From Myxococcales bacterium (GTDB taxonomy: Bacteria > Myxococcota > Myxococcia > Myxococcales > Anaeromyxobacteraceae), in assembly GCA_038320275.1 (NCBI GenBank), contig JBBQEB010000023.1, forward strand, positions 1 to 31,627: DNA of 31,627 nt, in the 5' to 3' direction. The notes below the pieces were generated by a model. It worked only from the letters and a program-made list of their open reading frames with translations. It made no database searches and had not been told where the DNA came from. The position numbers and the translations under genes were made by a program. Below are positions 8,661 through 19,013 of this stretch, piece after piece (the first letter of the stretch is position 1; each line of letters begins with the position of its first letter).

Positions 8661-9458
8661 TCACCGTCCCGTGAACTGGGGAAGCCGCTTTTCGAGGAAG
8701 GCTGCCCGCCCCTCGCGCACGTCGTCGCTCGCGAACGCACGGCGGCGCAAGGTGCCCACCTCGGCCCGTTCCTCCTCGGTGAAGCCGCGCTCGGCCGAGG
8801 CCTCCAGCAGGCGGAGGATGCGCTTCATGCCCTGCACGGCGAACGGCGCGTTGCGGGCGATGCCCGCCGCGAGCGCCAGCGCCGCGGACTCCGCCTCGTC
8901 GGCGGGCACCACCCGATCGACGAGCCCGATGGCGAGCGCCTCGTCGGCCTGCACCGGCCGGCCGGGGAAGAAGAGCTCGCGCGTGCGCGAGGCGCCCACC
9001 AGCGAGAGGAAGCGCCGGAGCCCGCCGGGCGCGTAGACGACGCCCAGCTTCGCCGGGGGCATGCCGATGGCGATGCCGGGGCGCGCCACGCGCAGGTCGC
9101 AGGTGACCGCGAGCTCGCCGCCCGCACCGTAGGCGGACCCATTGAGGAAGGCGATCGTCGGGCAGGGAACCGCCTCCACCGCCTCCATGGCGCGCTCCAC
9201 CGCCAGGTCGGGACGGTCGCCTCCCGAGCCAGACGGCATGGCGGAGATGTCGAAGCCGGAGCAGAAGGCATCCTCTCCCGCGCCCCGGAAGAGCAGGCAT
9301 CGCACCCGGTCAAGGGCAGCGGCCTCGCAGGCGGCGACGAGCTCCTCGAGGAGGGCGAAGTCGACGGCGTTGCGCTTGGCCGGGTTCTCGAGGGTGAGGA
9401 GCCGGACTTCGCCCCGGTCCGACGTGACGATCCGCGGGGCGCCGGCCCTCCCGGTCAC
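8661..9458 (-). CDS. Crotonase/enoyl-CoA hydratase superfamily protein
   Basis: LENPAKRNA, AFCSGFD, GAGGELAVTCDLRVA, EGRAAFLEKR; GTG start overlaps the upstream TGA (GTGA). Confidence 0.9.
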   Translation of the reverse strand: MTGRAGAPRIVTSDRGEVRLLTLENPAKRNAVDFALLEELVAACEAAALDRVRCLLFRGAGEDAFCSGFDISAMPSGSGGDRPDLAVERAMEAVEAVPCPTIAFLNGSAYGAGGELAVTCDLRVARPGIAIGMPPAKLGVVYAPGGLRRFLSLVGASRTRELFFPGRPVQADEALAIGLVDRVVPADEAESAALALAAGIARNAPFAVQGMKRILRLLEASAERGFTEEERAEVGTLRRRAFASDDVREGRAAFLEKRLPQFTGR

Positions 9459-9667
9459 TCGATCACCGCGAGGACGTCCCCCTCCGCGACGGCCTGCCCC
9501 TCGGCGCAGCGGATCTCCTTCACCCGGCCGGCGCTCACCGCCTCGAGCGGCATCTCCATCTTCATGGACTCGAGGATGACGACTGCGTCGCCGGGGGTCA
9601 CCGCCTCGCCGGTCCGCTTCTGGATCTTCACCACCGTTCCGGTGATGTGCGCCGCCAGGTTCGCCAT
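9455..9667 (-). CDS. Stand-alone biotin carboxyl carrier (biotinyl domain) protein, 70 aa
   Basis: LESMKME biotinylation motif; GGAGGAG SD upstream of the ATG at 9667. Confidence 0.9.
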   Translation of the reverse strand: MANLAAHITGTVVKIQKRTGEAVTPGDAVVILESMKMEMPLEAVSAGRVKEIRCAEGQAVAEGDVLAVIE

Positions 9668-9750
9668 GTGTGCTCCTCCGGGAGGCGGCCACGCTAGCGC
9701 GGCGGCGCGGTCCCAGCAACCGCAGGCCGACGGACCCTCGGTTCCCTCGA

Positions 9751-9784
9751 CGGGCGCGGCCCCAGCGCCGGGGCCGCGGGCCCG
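9751..9784 (-). terminator. GC-rich hairpin downstream of the PilZ-REC gene
   Basis: CGCGGCCCC (9755-9763) pairs with GGGGCCGCG (9770-9778); no U-tract. Confidence 0.3.
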
Positions 9785-9809
9785 CGGGAGGTCGCGCCTC
9801 ACCAGACGA

Positions 9810-10571
9810 TCAGCGCCGGTGCACGGCCTCTCGTCCCCCGGAGGCCAGGAGCGTGCGGATGGTGGCGATGATGTCCTGGTACTTCACCGGCTTTTGAAGG
9901 AAGAAGTCGGCGCCCAGCCGGGCGGCCTGCCGGCGCTCCTCGGCGTTGCCCGAGGTGATGACGACGACCGGGATGTCGGACAGGGCGGGGTCTGCCCGCA
10001 TCGCCTCGAGGAGCGCGAAGCCGCTCATGACCGGCATGTAGACGTCGGTGACGACGATGTGGATGGGAGGCTCGGCCCTGAGCCGGTCGAGCGCCTCCGC
10101 GCCGTCGGTCGCGAGCTCCACCCCCAGCCCGCCCAGCCCTTCGCTCCGCGAGAGCCGCTTCAGGGCCGAGGTGTACATCGCCGCGACGAGCGAGTTGTCC
10201 TCGACCAGGAGCAGGCGATAGGGCGAGCGGGGCGCCGGGGCCGCGCGGGCGGCCTCCACCAGCTTGCCGAGGCGCGCTCGCGAGGCAGCGGCGTCCGGAG
10301 GGACCGCCACCGCGACCCCCGCAGGACCGCCGGGCCCCTCCGTGCGGCGCCGCAGCACCTCCACCTCGAGCTCCTGGGGCTGGAGGAGCCCCGGGAAGCT
10401 CAGCAGCAATCGGACGCGCTCGCCCGGGCTGAAGGTTCGCTCGGTCCGGACGAACAGGCCACCCGAGGAGAGGTTCTCGGTGTAGTCGCGCACGCTGTGG
10501 GCGGCGTCGGGATAATCAACGGAGAGTACGAGCGGGTACCGCCCGTCGATCCGCCGCTCCTTGCGCCCCAT
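9810..10571 (-). CDS. PilZ domain-response regulator receiver fusion protein
   Basis: RIDGR (RxxxR) and NLSSGG (NxSxxG) PilZ motifs; REC with LLVED, TDVYMP (phospho-Asp), TS and KP; GGGAGG SD. Confidence 0.85.
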   Translation of the reverse strand: MGRKERRIDGRYPLVLSVDYPDAAHSVRDYTENLSSGGLFVRTERTFSPGERVRLLLSFPGLLQPQELEVEVLRRRTEGPGGPAGVAVAVPPDAAASRARLGKLVEAARAAPAPRSPYRLLLVEDNSLVAAMYTSALKRLSRSEGLGGLGVELATDGAEALDRLRAEPPIHIVVTDVYMPVMSGFALLEAMRADPALSDIPVVVITSGNAEERRQAARLGADFFLQKPVKYQDIIATIRTLLASGGREAVHRR

Positions 10572-10733
10572 TCCGTCGCGGCCTCCCTTGCGAATGAGAT
10601 ACCACGCGCACCGTGGGGCGGCGACAAAGCAGGCGAAGCGCGACGTCCCGCCGCATGCGAAACGAGCTTTGCGCCGGCCGTCGGCACGGCTAGGTAGGAG
10701 GAGTCGCGCCCACCGGCGCGCACCCCCCTACAC

Positions 10734-12377
<1,644 letters not shown>

Positions 12378-12420
12378 CCGAAGGACGGCTCACGCGCGGC
12401 GGCGGCGCCCTCCCTCCCGG

Positions 12421-13149
12421 CTACATGTGCCGGATCTCGCCGAGCCCCGCGCCGGAAGCCGCCTGGGCGCGCCCCTTGGCCTCCTCCTCCGCGAAGGTCC
12501 GCTCCCAGCCGCGGCTCACCGCATCGCGCGAGCCGAGACCGATGGCGAGGGCCAGCGCGAGCACGATGCCGCCGAAGATCACGGTGAAGGCCAGCGTGAG
12601 GAGCGCCCCGCCCACCTGAAGGTGCTGCAGCGTGAGCGCCGAGGCGAAGAGCACGGTGAGCCACTTCGCACCGATGCTCAGGAAACGCGCCCAGGCGATC
12701 TGCATGTTCACGGCGCTGATGAGGACGGTGCGCTCGAGAAACCGGGCCACCGCGATCCCGGTGAGGAAGATGAGCGCGGCGCCGAGGAGGTGGGGGATCC
12801 AATCGAGCGCACGGGTGGCGAGCGCGTCGGTGGTGCGCGTGTTGAGCGCCTGAAGCCCGGCGAGGAAGCCCGCCGCGACCACGAACCAGAACCCGGTGTG
12901 CGCTGCGATGGCGGTGGGCGCGTTGCGCGGGGACCACTCGGCGCTGCTGGTGAGCCCCCAGCGGTGAACTCGCCGGTCGAAGTCGATCCCGGCCAGCACC
13001 TTGCGCAGGGCGAACCTGACGATGTACGCCAGCGCCACCGCGAACGCGATCACGAGCAGCATGGTCACGAAGCCCGGCAGGAAATCCGCCACCGTCAGCG
13101 CCAGGCGGTGGAACCCATCCCGCAGTGCCTCCTCGACGTCACCTGTCAT
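12421..13149 (-). CDS. CmpX-like membrane protein (MscS-associated TM-helix repeats)
   Basis: Two repeats of FLPGFV/WIPHLLGAALIFLTG-type helices, C-terminal LALAIGLGSRD; no cytoplasmic MscS beta domain evident. Confidence 0.7.
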   Translation of the reverse strand: MTGDVEEALRDGFHRLALTVADFLPGFVTMLLVIAFAVALAYIVRFALRKVLAGIDFDRRVHRWGLTSSAEWSPRNAPTAIAAHTGFWFVVAAGFLAGLQALNTRTTDALATRALDWIPHLLGAALIFLTGIAVARFLERTVLISAVNMQIAWARFLSIGAKWLTVLFASALTLQHLQVGGALLTLAFTVIFGGIVLALALAIGLGSRDAVSRGWERTFAEEEAKGRAQAASGAGLGEIRHM

Positions 13150-13162
13150 GTTCGACCCTCTT

Positions 13163-14395
13163 TCACGGGTTGAAGCGGTCTGGCCAGCGCCAGCGGGAGA
13201 TGAGGTAGGGCTTGGCGGTCTCGAAGGCGCGGGCGAGTCGCTCGACGCGCTCTTCCACGGCCTCGGGCTCGAGGTCCCGCACCTCCTGGACGAAGCCGGC
13301 GGCCCAGCCCAGATACAGAGGCGTCATCGAGCGGAGGAGGAGCGCCCTGTCCATCACGGCTAGGTGATAACCCACCGCGAAGTCGTAGACGATGCGCGCC
13401 CAGAGCGCGTCGTCCATCCGGAAGGCCTCCTCCGGCGCGCTCGCCAGCCGCTTCAGCGCGAGCAGCGATTGGGGCGGCAGGGCGGAGCCCCACAGCCGTC
13501 CCAGCTCCTGGTAGCCGAGCTGGAAGGCCTTCACCATGGGACCGATCTGCGGCGCAAGCGCCTCGCGCGGGGCGGGCTGGGCGGGACCGGAGACGTGCAC
13601 CGCCTGGGACCCCTTCACCCGCTGCCAGGACGAGGCATCGAGGCGCATCTGGTGGAAGAGCACGTTCACCACGTGCGCGATGGAGCTGGCGAGGTCGGCG
13701 CTGGGCTCCAGCGCGGGCGGGGGGCGCGCGGCGAGGTTGGACTGGCAGACGCTGAACTCGCGCGAGAGGGCCGAGAGGGCGACCCAGAGCTGCTCACCGG
13801 CGTGCGGGTCCCCGTGCCAGGCCTCGCCGAGGAGGTACTCACCCAGGCGGCGGGAGACAGCCAGCTCGGACGACATGGGCTGTCGCAGCCGCTTGCCGAA
13901 CAGCGCCCGGATGAGCGGGTAGACGAGCCCGGTGGTGAGGACGCCCTCGTATCTGTGCGTGACGTAGCAGGGGCTCACGAGATCGAAGCCCTCCTCGACG
14001 ACGGGGGCGAGCAGCCGTCGGGCGACGTCGAAGCCACCGTCCTCGGATCCGGCGGTCAGCAGCGCGCACGCGTCCGCGCCGAAGGTCTCCCGCGCGCGCA
14101 GCACGGCCTCGAGCGCCCCCGAACCGGCGTGGTTCCAGGGGAGGATCTCGCAGCGCCGGGCCGGCACGTCGGGCGGCGCCGCGGAAAATGGGGCGGGCGG
14201 CTCTCCGGCGTGGTCGGAGAGCAGCAGGACCACCGCGCCCTTTCCGGGGAACGCGGCGTCGAGCTGATGGCCGAGCCGGTGGCCGGCGCGAGCGATATCG
14301 CCGTCGTCGCTGGCCCCGTGGACGCCGATCACGATGTCGGCGCGCCGGGGCTCCTCGACAGGGCGGGGGGAATTCTGTTCGGCAGGTGCGAGCAC
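13163..14395 (-). CDS. Glucosylglycerate-synthase-like (GT-A) protein, apparently degenerate active site
   Basis: GFDLVSPCYVTHRYEG..LVYPLIRALFGKRLRQP, LWARIVYDFA, PLYLG and FETAKPYL..RW segments resemble this family; start inferred at GTG 14395 (GAGGA SD), alternative 14419. Confidence 0.65.
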   Translation of the reverse strand: MLAPAEQNSPRPVEEPRRADIVIGVHGASDDGDIARAGHRLGHQLDAAFPGKGAVVLLLSDHAGEPPAPFSAAPPDVPARRCEILPWNHAGSGALEAVLRARETFGADACALLTAGSEDGGFDVARRLLAPVVEEGFDLVSPCYVTHRYEGVLTTGLVYPLIRALFGKRLRQPMSSELAVSRRLGEYLLGEAWHGDPHAGEQLWVALSALSREFSVCQSNLAARPPPALEPSADLASSIAHVVNVLFHQMRLDASSWQRVKGSQAVHVSGPAQPAPREALAPQIGPMVKAFQLGYQELGRLWGSALPPQSLLALKRLASAPEEAFRMDDALWARIVYDFAVGYHLAVMDRALLLRSMTPLYLGWAAGFVQEVRDLEPEAVEERVERLARAFETAKPYLISRWRWPDRFNP

Positions 14396-14651
14396 GTGGT
14401 CCTCAATGTAGGTCGCCACCGCCCGCCGTGAGGGATGCCCCGCGCAGGGGGCGGCAGATCGAGCGAGCGCCCTCCGGGGGGCGCTTCCCGGCGCGCGAGC
14501 CGTGCGGTGGTCAGGCACGACTCGACAGGAACGCCCACCGCGCCTATCTGTGCGGGGGGCCTCGCCCCTCCGCCATCCTGAGTTGCGGACCTCCGACGCC
14601 GTCCCGCCTTTCCGCGCCGCCGTCGCCCTCTCCACGAGGGCGGGAGATCAT

Positions 14652-15635
14652 ATGAACCGCCTCCGGACAGTCGCCGCCATCACAGCCCTCCTCGCCGCGG
14701 CCTTCGGCCCGGGCCACGCTTCCGCCGAGGACGTGATCCGCCTCGGGAATCTCAAGTTCGCCCACTACGGCGCCGTCTCCTACATGAAGGAAGTGGGACC
14801 CAAGTACGGGCTGCGCATCGAGGAGCGCGTCTTCCCCAAGGGACTCGACATCATTCCCGCCATCGTCGCTGGCGAGATCGACATCGCGGCCAGTGCCGCC
14901 GACGCAGCCATCGCCGGGCGAGCGGCCGGGGCGCCGGTCTTCGCCGTGGCGGGGTTCGCCAAGGGCGGCGTCCGCATCGTCGGGCGCAAGGATCTGAACC
15001 TCACCTCGGTGGCGCAGCTGAAGGGCAAGAAGGTGGGCGTGGCGCGCGGCGGCGCGCAGGAGCTCGCGCTCTTCGCGGAGCTCGCCAAGGCGGGGCTCAC
15101 TTGGGGCGACGCGCCGGGCAAGGGCGATGTGCTCGTCGTGTACCTCGCGTACGCCGACCTCAACCAGGCGCTCATGCAGAAGGGCATCGACGCCATGTGC
15201 CAATCGGAGCCCCAGTCGACCCAGGCCATCGCGAAGGGCTTCGGGACCGAGATCGTGAAGCCGTACGACACGCCCATGGGCGAGCCGGTGCGGGTGCTGG
15301 TGATGACGGAAAAGCTCTACCGGGAGAAGCCCGAGGTGGCGGCCCGCGTGATGAAGTGCTTCGTCGCGGCCACCAAGCTCTTCCTGGAGAAGCCTGAGCT
15401 CGCCGAGAAGTACGTGCGCACGTCGCTCTTCAAGAACCAGCTCTCGGCGGAGGAGTACCGGGACGCGATGTCCAACGCCTCGTTCACGTACGACCTCACG
15501 CCCGAGCACATCCAGATCACGACCGATTTGATGGTGAAGTACGGGGTGGGCAAGCTCACGAAGCCCCCCAAGGCCTCGGAGTGGGTGAAGCTCGATCTCC
15601 TCGCGAAGGCCAAGGGAGAGAGCGCCGCGAAGTGA
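14652..15635 (+). CDS. ABC transporter substrate-binding protein, SsuA/TauA/NMT1 family
   Basis: Signal peptide ending ASA; LKGKKVGV..G, IDA..SEP motifs; GGGAG SD; followed by permease and ATPase. Confidence 0.88.
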   Translation: MNRLRTVAAITALLAAAFGPGHASAEDVIRLGNLKFAHYGAVSYMKEVGPKYGLRIEERVFPKGLDIIPAIVAGEIDIAASAADAAIAGRAAGAPVFAVAGFAKGGVRIVGRKDLNLTSVAQLKGKKVGVARGGAQELALFAELAKAGLTWGDAPGKGDVLVVYLAYADLNQALMQKGIDAMCQSEPQSTQAIAKGFGTEIVKPYDTPMGEPVRVLVMTEKLYREKPEVAARVMKCFVAATKLFLEKPELAEKYVRTSLFKNQLSAEEYRDAMSNASFTYDLTPEHIQITTDLMVKYGVGKLTKPPKASEWVKLDLLAKAKGESAAK

Positions 15636-15675
15636 GCTCGAGAAGCCTTCGCGCCGGGCTTTCCCGAAGCACCTC

Positions 15676-16497
15676 ATGACGCGCCCGGAGCGGCTCGCGA
15701 GATCGGTGGTCGTGCCCGCGCTGGCGCTCCTCGTCTGGGAAGCGCTCTCGCGCGCGGGGAAGGTCTCGCCGGTCATCCTGCCCGCGCCCTCGCAGGTGCT
15801 GGTGCGCTGGTGGCAGTACCTCCTGCCGCTGGAGCCCTACGACGCGTCGAAGTTGGGGCGCATCGCCTGGCTGTTCTCGGGCGAGCTGCCGCAGGACGCG
15901 CTCGGCAGCCTCTACCGGGTGGTGGTGGGCTTCCTCATCGGCGGCGGGCTGGCGCTTCCGCTGGGGCTGTTCATGGGGCGCATTCCGCTGGTACACGACC
16001 TCCTCAATCCGGTGCTGGAGATCGTGCGCCCCATCCCCCCCATCGCCTTCATCCCGCTCTCCATCCTCTGGTTCGGGCTGGGCGATCCGCCGGCGCTCTT
16101 CCTCATCGCGCTGGGGTCCTTCTTTCCCGTGCTGGTGAACACCGTTGCGGGCGTGCGCAACGTGGACGCCATCTACATCCGGGCAGCGCAGAACCTCGGC
16201 GCGGGCGAGGTGACGCTGTTCCGCCGAGTCATCCTGCCGGCGGCCATGCCCTACATTCTGACCGGCGTGCGGGTGGGCATCGGGGTCGCCTTCATCGTGG
16301 TGATCGTCGCGGAGATGACCGCGGTGAACAAGGGGCTTGGCTACCGGATCCTCGAGGCGCGCGAGTTCATGTGGTCTGACAAGATCATCGCCGGGATGGT
16401 GACCATCGGCTTCTGCGGGCTCGGCATCGACTTCTTCATGAACAGGCTCAACCGATGGCTCCTGCGGTGGCACCGCGGCCTGAGCGATCACGCATGA
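15676..16497 (+). CDS. ABC transporter permease, SsuC/TauC family
   Basis: LPAPSQV, SLYRV, RPIPPIAFIPL, AAQNLGA (EAA loop), AEM..GLG motifs. Confidence 0.92.
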   Translation: MTRPERLARSVVVPALALLVWEALSRAGKVSPVILPAPSQVLVRWWQYLLPLEPYDASKLGRIAWLFSGELPQDALGSLYRVVVGFLIGGGLALPLGLFMGRIPLVHDLLNPVLEIVRPIPPIAFIPLSILWFGLGDPPALFLIALGSFFPVLVNTVAGVRNVDAIYIRAAQNLGAGEVTLFRRVILPAAMPYILTGVRVGIGVAFIVVIVAEMTAVNKGLGYRILEAREFMWSDKIIAGMVTIGFCGLGIDFFMNRLNRWLLRWHRGLSDHA

Positions 16498-17420
16498 CTT
16501 CCAGACGATCGGAGCCGGATCCTCCGCCGCAGCCGCCAGGCATGGACAGCGCCACCGCGTGGCGCGTCGATCCCTGCGAGCTCGTGGGGGCCCCTGAAGA
16601 GCTTCGCGCGGCAGGGGCAGGGCGCGGCTCCCCTTCGATCATCCACCTCGCGGGCGTCCGCAAGGCGTTCCGCGCGGGCGGTCGCGAGGTGCTGGCGCTC
16701 GACGGCATCGACCTCGACATCGCAGAGGGCGAGCTCGTCTGCCTCCTCGGGCCTTCCGGGTGCGGGAAGTCGACGCTGCTCAATGCCATCGCCGGGTTCT
16801 CGCCGCCGACCTCGGGAACGCTGCTCGCCAACGGGCGCCCCGTGACGGGACCCGGCCCGGACCGCGCCATGGTCTTCCAGGAGTACGCGCTCTTCCCCTG
16901 GATGACGGTGGAGGCGAACGTTGCCTTCGGCCTCGAGATCAAGGGCGAGCCGCCGGCCGCGATCCGGGAGCGGGTGGCGAGCCTGCTCGGGCAGCTCGGC
17001 CTCACCGAGTTCCGCGATCGATTTCCCAAGGATTTGTCGGGCGGCATGCGGCAGCGCGTGGCCATCGCGCGCGTGCTCGCCATCGACCCGCCCATGCTGC
17101 TCATGGACGAGCCGTTCGGGGCGCTGGATGCGCTCACGCGGCGCAACCTGCAGGACGAGCTCCTGCGGATCTGGGCACGGCTCCGGAAGACCATCGTCTT
17201 CGTCACGCACGGGATCGAGGAGGCCATCTACCTGGCAGACAGGGTGGTGGTGATGACCTACCGGCCCGGCCGGGTGAAACGGCTGGTGCCGGTGGAGCTC
17301 CCCCGGCCGCGCGACACGGCCTCACCCGAGTTCAACAGGTTGAAGCGCGAGGTCTCCGCGCTCGTCATGGAAGAGCAGGCGCGCCACGAGCAGGCGGAGC
17401 GCGGCGCGACCGCCAGCTGA
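16494..17420 (+). CDS. ABC transporter ATP-binding protein, SsuB/TauB family
   Basis: GPSGCGKST Walker A, LSGGMRQR, LLMDEPF, VTH, LPRPRD tail; ATG overlaps the permease stop (ATGA); alternative start 16542. Confidence 0.92.
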   Translation: MTSRRSEPDPPPQPPGMDSATAWRVDPCELVGAPEELRAAGAGRGSPSIIHLAGVRKAFRAGGREVLALDGIDLDIAEGELVCLLGPSGCGKSTLLNAIAGFSPPTSGTLLANGRPVTGPGPDRAMVFQEYALFPWMTVEANVAFGLEIKGEPPAAIRERVASLLGQLGLTEFRDRFPKDLSGGMRQRVAIARVLAIDPPMLLMDEPFGALDALTRRNLQDELLRIWARLRKTIVFVTHGIEEAIYLADRVVVMTYRPGRVKRLVPVELPRPRDTASPEFNRLKREVSALVMEEQARHEQAERGATAS

Positions 17421-17469
17421 GCGGTTCACCACGGCTCTGCCGGCGGGGCGGGGCGGGGCGGCACGCCCG

Positions 17470-18288
17470 CTAGACGAACAGGTCCGACATCAGCTCCTCG
17501 CCCCGCTGCACCGCGTAGCGCTCGAAGTCCACCACCCCTTCGGCGCGCAGGACCTCCTCGTCGATGAAGAAGTTTCCGGTGCACTCCCGGCTTGGCCGCA
17601 CGAGGATGGCGTGGGCGGCGTCGGCCACGATCTCGGCCGTGCGGCCGTGTTTCGCGAGGTCGTCGCCGCCCAGCAGGTTGAGTGCCGCCGTCGCAACGAG
17701 GGTGCGCGGCCACAGCGCGTTCACCGCGATGCCGCGGTCCGCGAATTCGGCGCTCATGCCGAGCACGCACATGCTCATGCCGTACTTCGCCATGGTGTAG
17801 GCGACGTGCGGCGCGAACCAGCGCGCCTCCATCGAGAGCGGCGGCGACAGCACCAGCACGTGCGGGTTCGCGGCCTTCGCCAGGTGCGGAAGACAGGTCT
17901 GCGTGCAGAGGAACGTCCCGCGCGCATTCACGCCATGCATGAGGTCCCAGCGCTTCATCGGCGTCGACGCCGTATCCGCGAGGTGGATGGCGCTGGCGTT
18001 GTTCACCAGCACGTCGATGCCCCCGAAGCGCTCCACCGCCTGCGCGACGGCGGCCTTCACCTCCGCCTCCTCGCGGATATCGCAGCGGACCGCGAGCGCC
18101 TTCCCACCCGCCGCCTCGATCTCCTCGGCGGCCGAGCCGATGGTCCCTGGCAGCTTCGGGTTGGGCACGCTCGATTTGGCCGCCACCACCACGTTCGCTC
18201 CGTCGCGCGCAGCGCGGAGCGCGATGGCCTTGCCGATGCCACGGCTCGCGCCGGTGATGAAGAGCGTCTTCCCCTGCAACGTCGACAT
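17470..18288 (-). CDS. SDR-family NAD(P)-dependent oxidoreductase (HSDL2-like)
   Basis: TGASRGIG, NNAS, YTMAK catalytic motif, NALWP; GGGAGG SD before the ATG at 18288. Confidence 0.9.
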   Translation of the reverse strand: MSTLQGKTLFITGASRGIGKAIALRAARDGANVVVAAKSSVPNPKLPGTIGSAAEEIEAAGGKALAVRCDIREEAEVKAAVAQAVERFGGIDVLVNNASAIHLADTASTPMKRWDLMHGVNARGTFLCTQTCLPHLAKAANPHVLVLSPPLSMEARWFAPHVAYTMAKYGMSMCVLGMSAEFADRGIAVNALWPRTLVATAALNLLGGDDLAKHGRTAEIVADAAHAILVRPSRECTGNFFIDEEVLRAEGVVDFERYAVQRGEELMSDLFV

Positions 18289-18486
18289 GTGTGCCTCCCT
18301 CGCCCCTTCGGGCGCCGGGAGCATCCCCCCGGACGGTGCGTCCAGGCCACCGCAATCGTGGGGGCCCTCCCCCTGACCGCTCCTTTTTCCCCACCTTTCG
18401 CGGGTGCACGCGCGTCGGGGCCGCGTCGGCTCGAAGGTGTGCTGAACGGCCTAGCAGCGCCGAAGATGCCGGACCGCAGCCCCGCG

Positions 18487-18515
18487 TTGACACACCTGCA
18501 CCTTCCACGTAGATC
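18487..18515 (+). promoter_or_regulatory. Sigma70-type promoter of the mraZ/dcw operon
   Basis: Perfect TTGACA (18487-18492), 17 nt spacer, TAGATC (18510-18515). Confidence 0.65.
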
Positions 18516-18516
18516 C

Positions 18517-18551
18517 GTGGGGGCAAGTGGGAAACAGTGTCAAAAAGCGGA
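18517..18551 (+). promoter_or_regulatory. Putative MraZ-binding direct repeats
   Basis: GTGGG (18517), GTGGG (18527), GTGTC (18537), GCGGA (18547) at exact 10-bp period, matching the known GTGG-type MraZ operator layout. Confidence 0.65.
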
Positions 18552-18575
18552 TCTCACCGGAGGCCCTGACATCGC

Positions 18576-19013
18576 ATGTTCGTCGCCTGGGGCACCTTCA
18601 CGCATGCGATCGACGCCAAGGGGCGCACCAGCCTCCCGGTGAAGTTTCGCGACGCGATGGTGGCCGCGGGTGAGCCCAAGCTCGTGCTCACACAATACCC
18701 GCACTGGAAGGCGGTCCAGGCACTCCCGCTCTCGGAATGGAAGCGGCTCGAGGAGAAGCTCCTGCAGGCGAGCCCCCTCGACGCGCGCAAGCAGCGGGAC
18801 ATCATGCGGTTCTACTCGACCGCACAGGAAGTCGACCTCGACGGCCCGGGCCGCGTGCTCATCCCTCCGGCGCTGCGCGAGTACGCGTCGCTCGCGAAGG
18901 ACGTCGTCTGGGTCGGTGCAGGGCGGCACATGTACCTCTGGGACAAGGCTTCTTACGAGGCGTACCTCGCCTTCGATCACCCGGCCGAGGTGGTGGACTT
19001 CTTCGAGACGTGA
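18576..19013 (+). CDS. mraZ: Transcriptional regulator MraZ
   Basis: [10 protein letters not shown] and [10 protein letters not shown] duplicated DxxGR motifs; first gene of the dcw cluster. Confidence 0.93.
   Translation: MFVAWGTFTHAIDAKGRTSLPVKFRDAMVAAGEPKLVLTQYPHWKAVQALPLSEWKRLEEKLLQASPLDARKQRDIMRFYSTAQEVDLDGPGRVLIPPALREYASLAKDVVWVGAGRHMYLWDKASYEAYLAFDHPAEVVDFFET

Noticed and set aside
15636..15675. Possible stabilising hairpin after the substrate-binding protein gene
   Set aside because: The stem is short and imperfect; insufficient support.
16494..16640. Pro-rich N-terminal extension on the ABC ATPase
   Set aside because: The start site is uncertain (16494 vs 16542) and the segment looks like an unstructured linker.
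17438..17469. (GGGGC)3 run and weak hairpin between convergent ABC ATPase and SDR genes
   Set aside because: Only three full G-tracts and a 5-bp stem; not distinguishable from background at this GC content.
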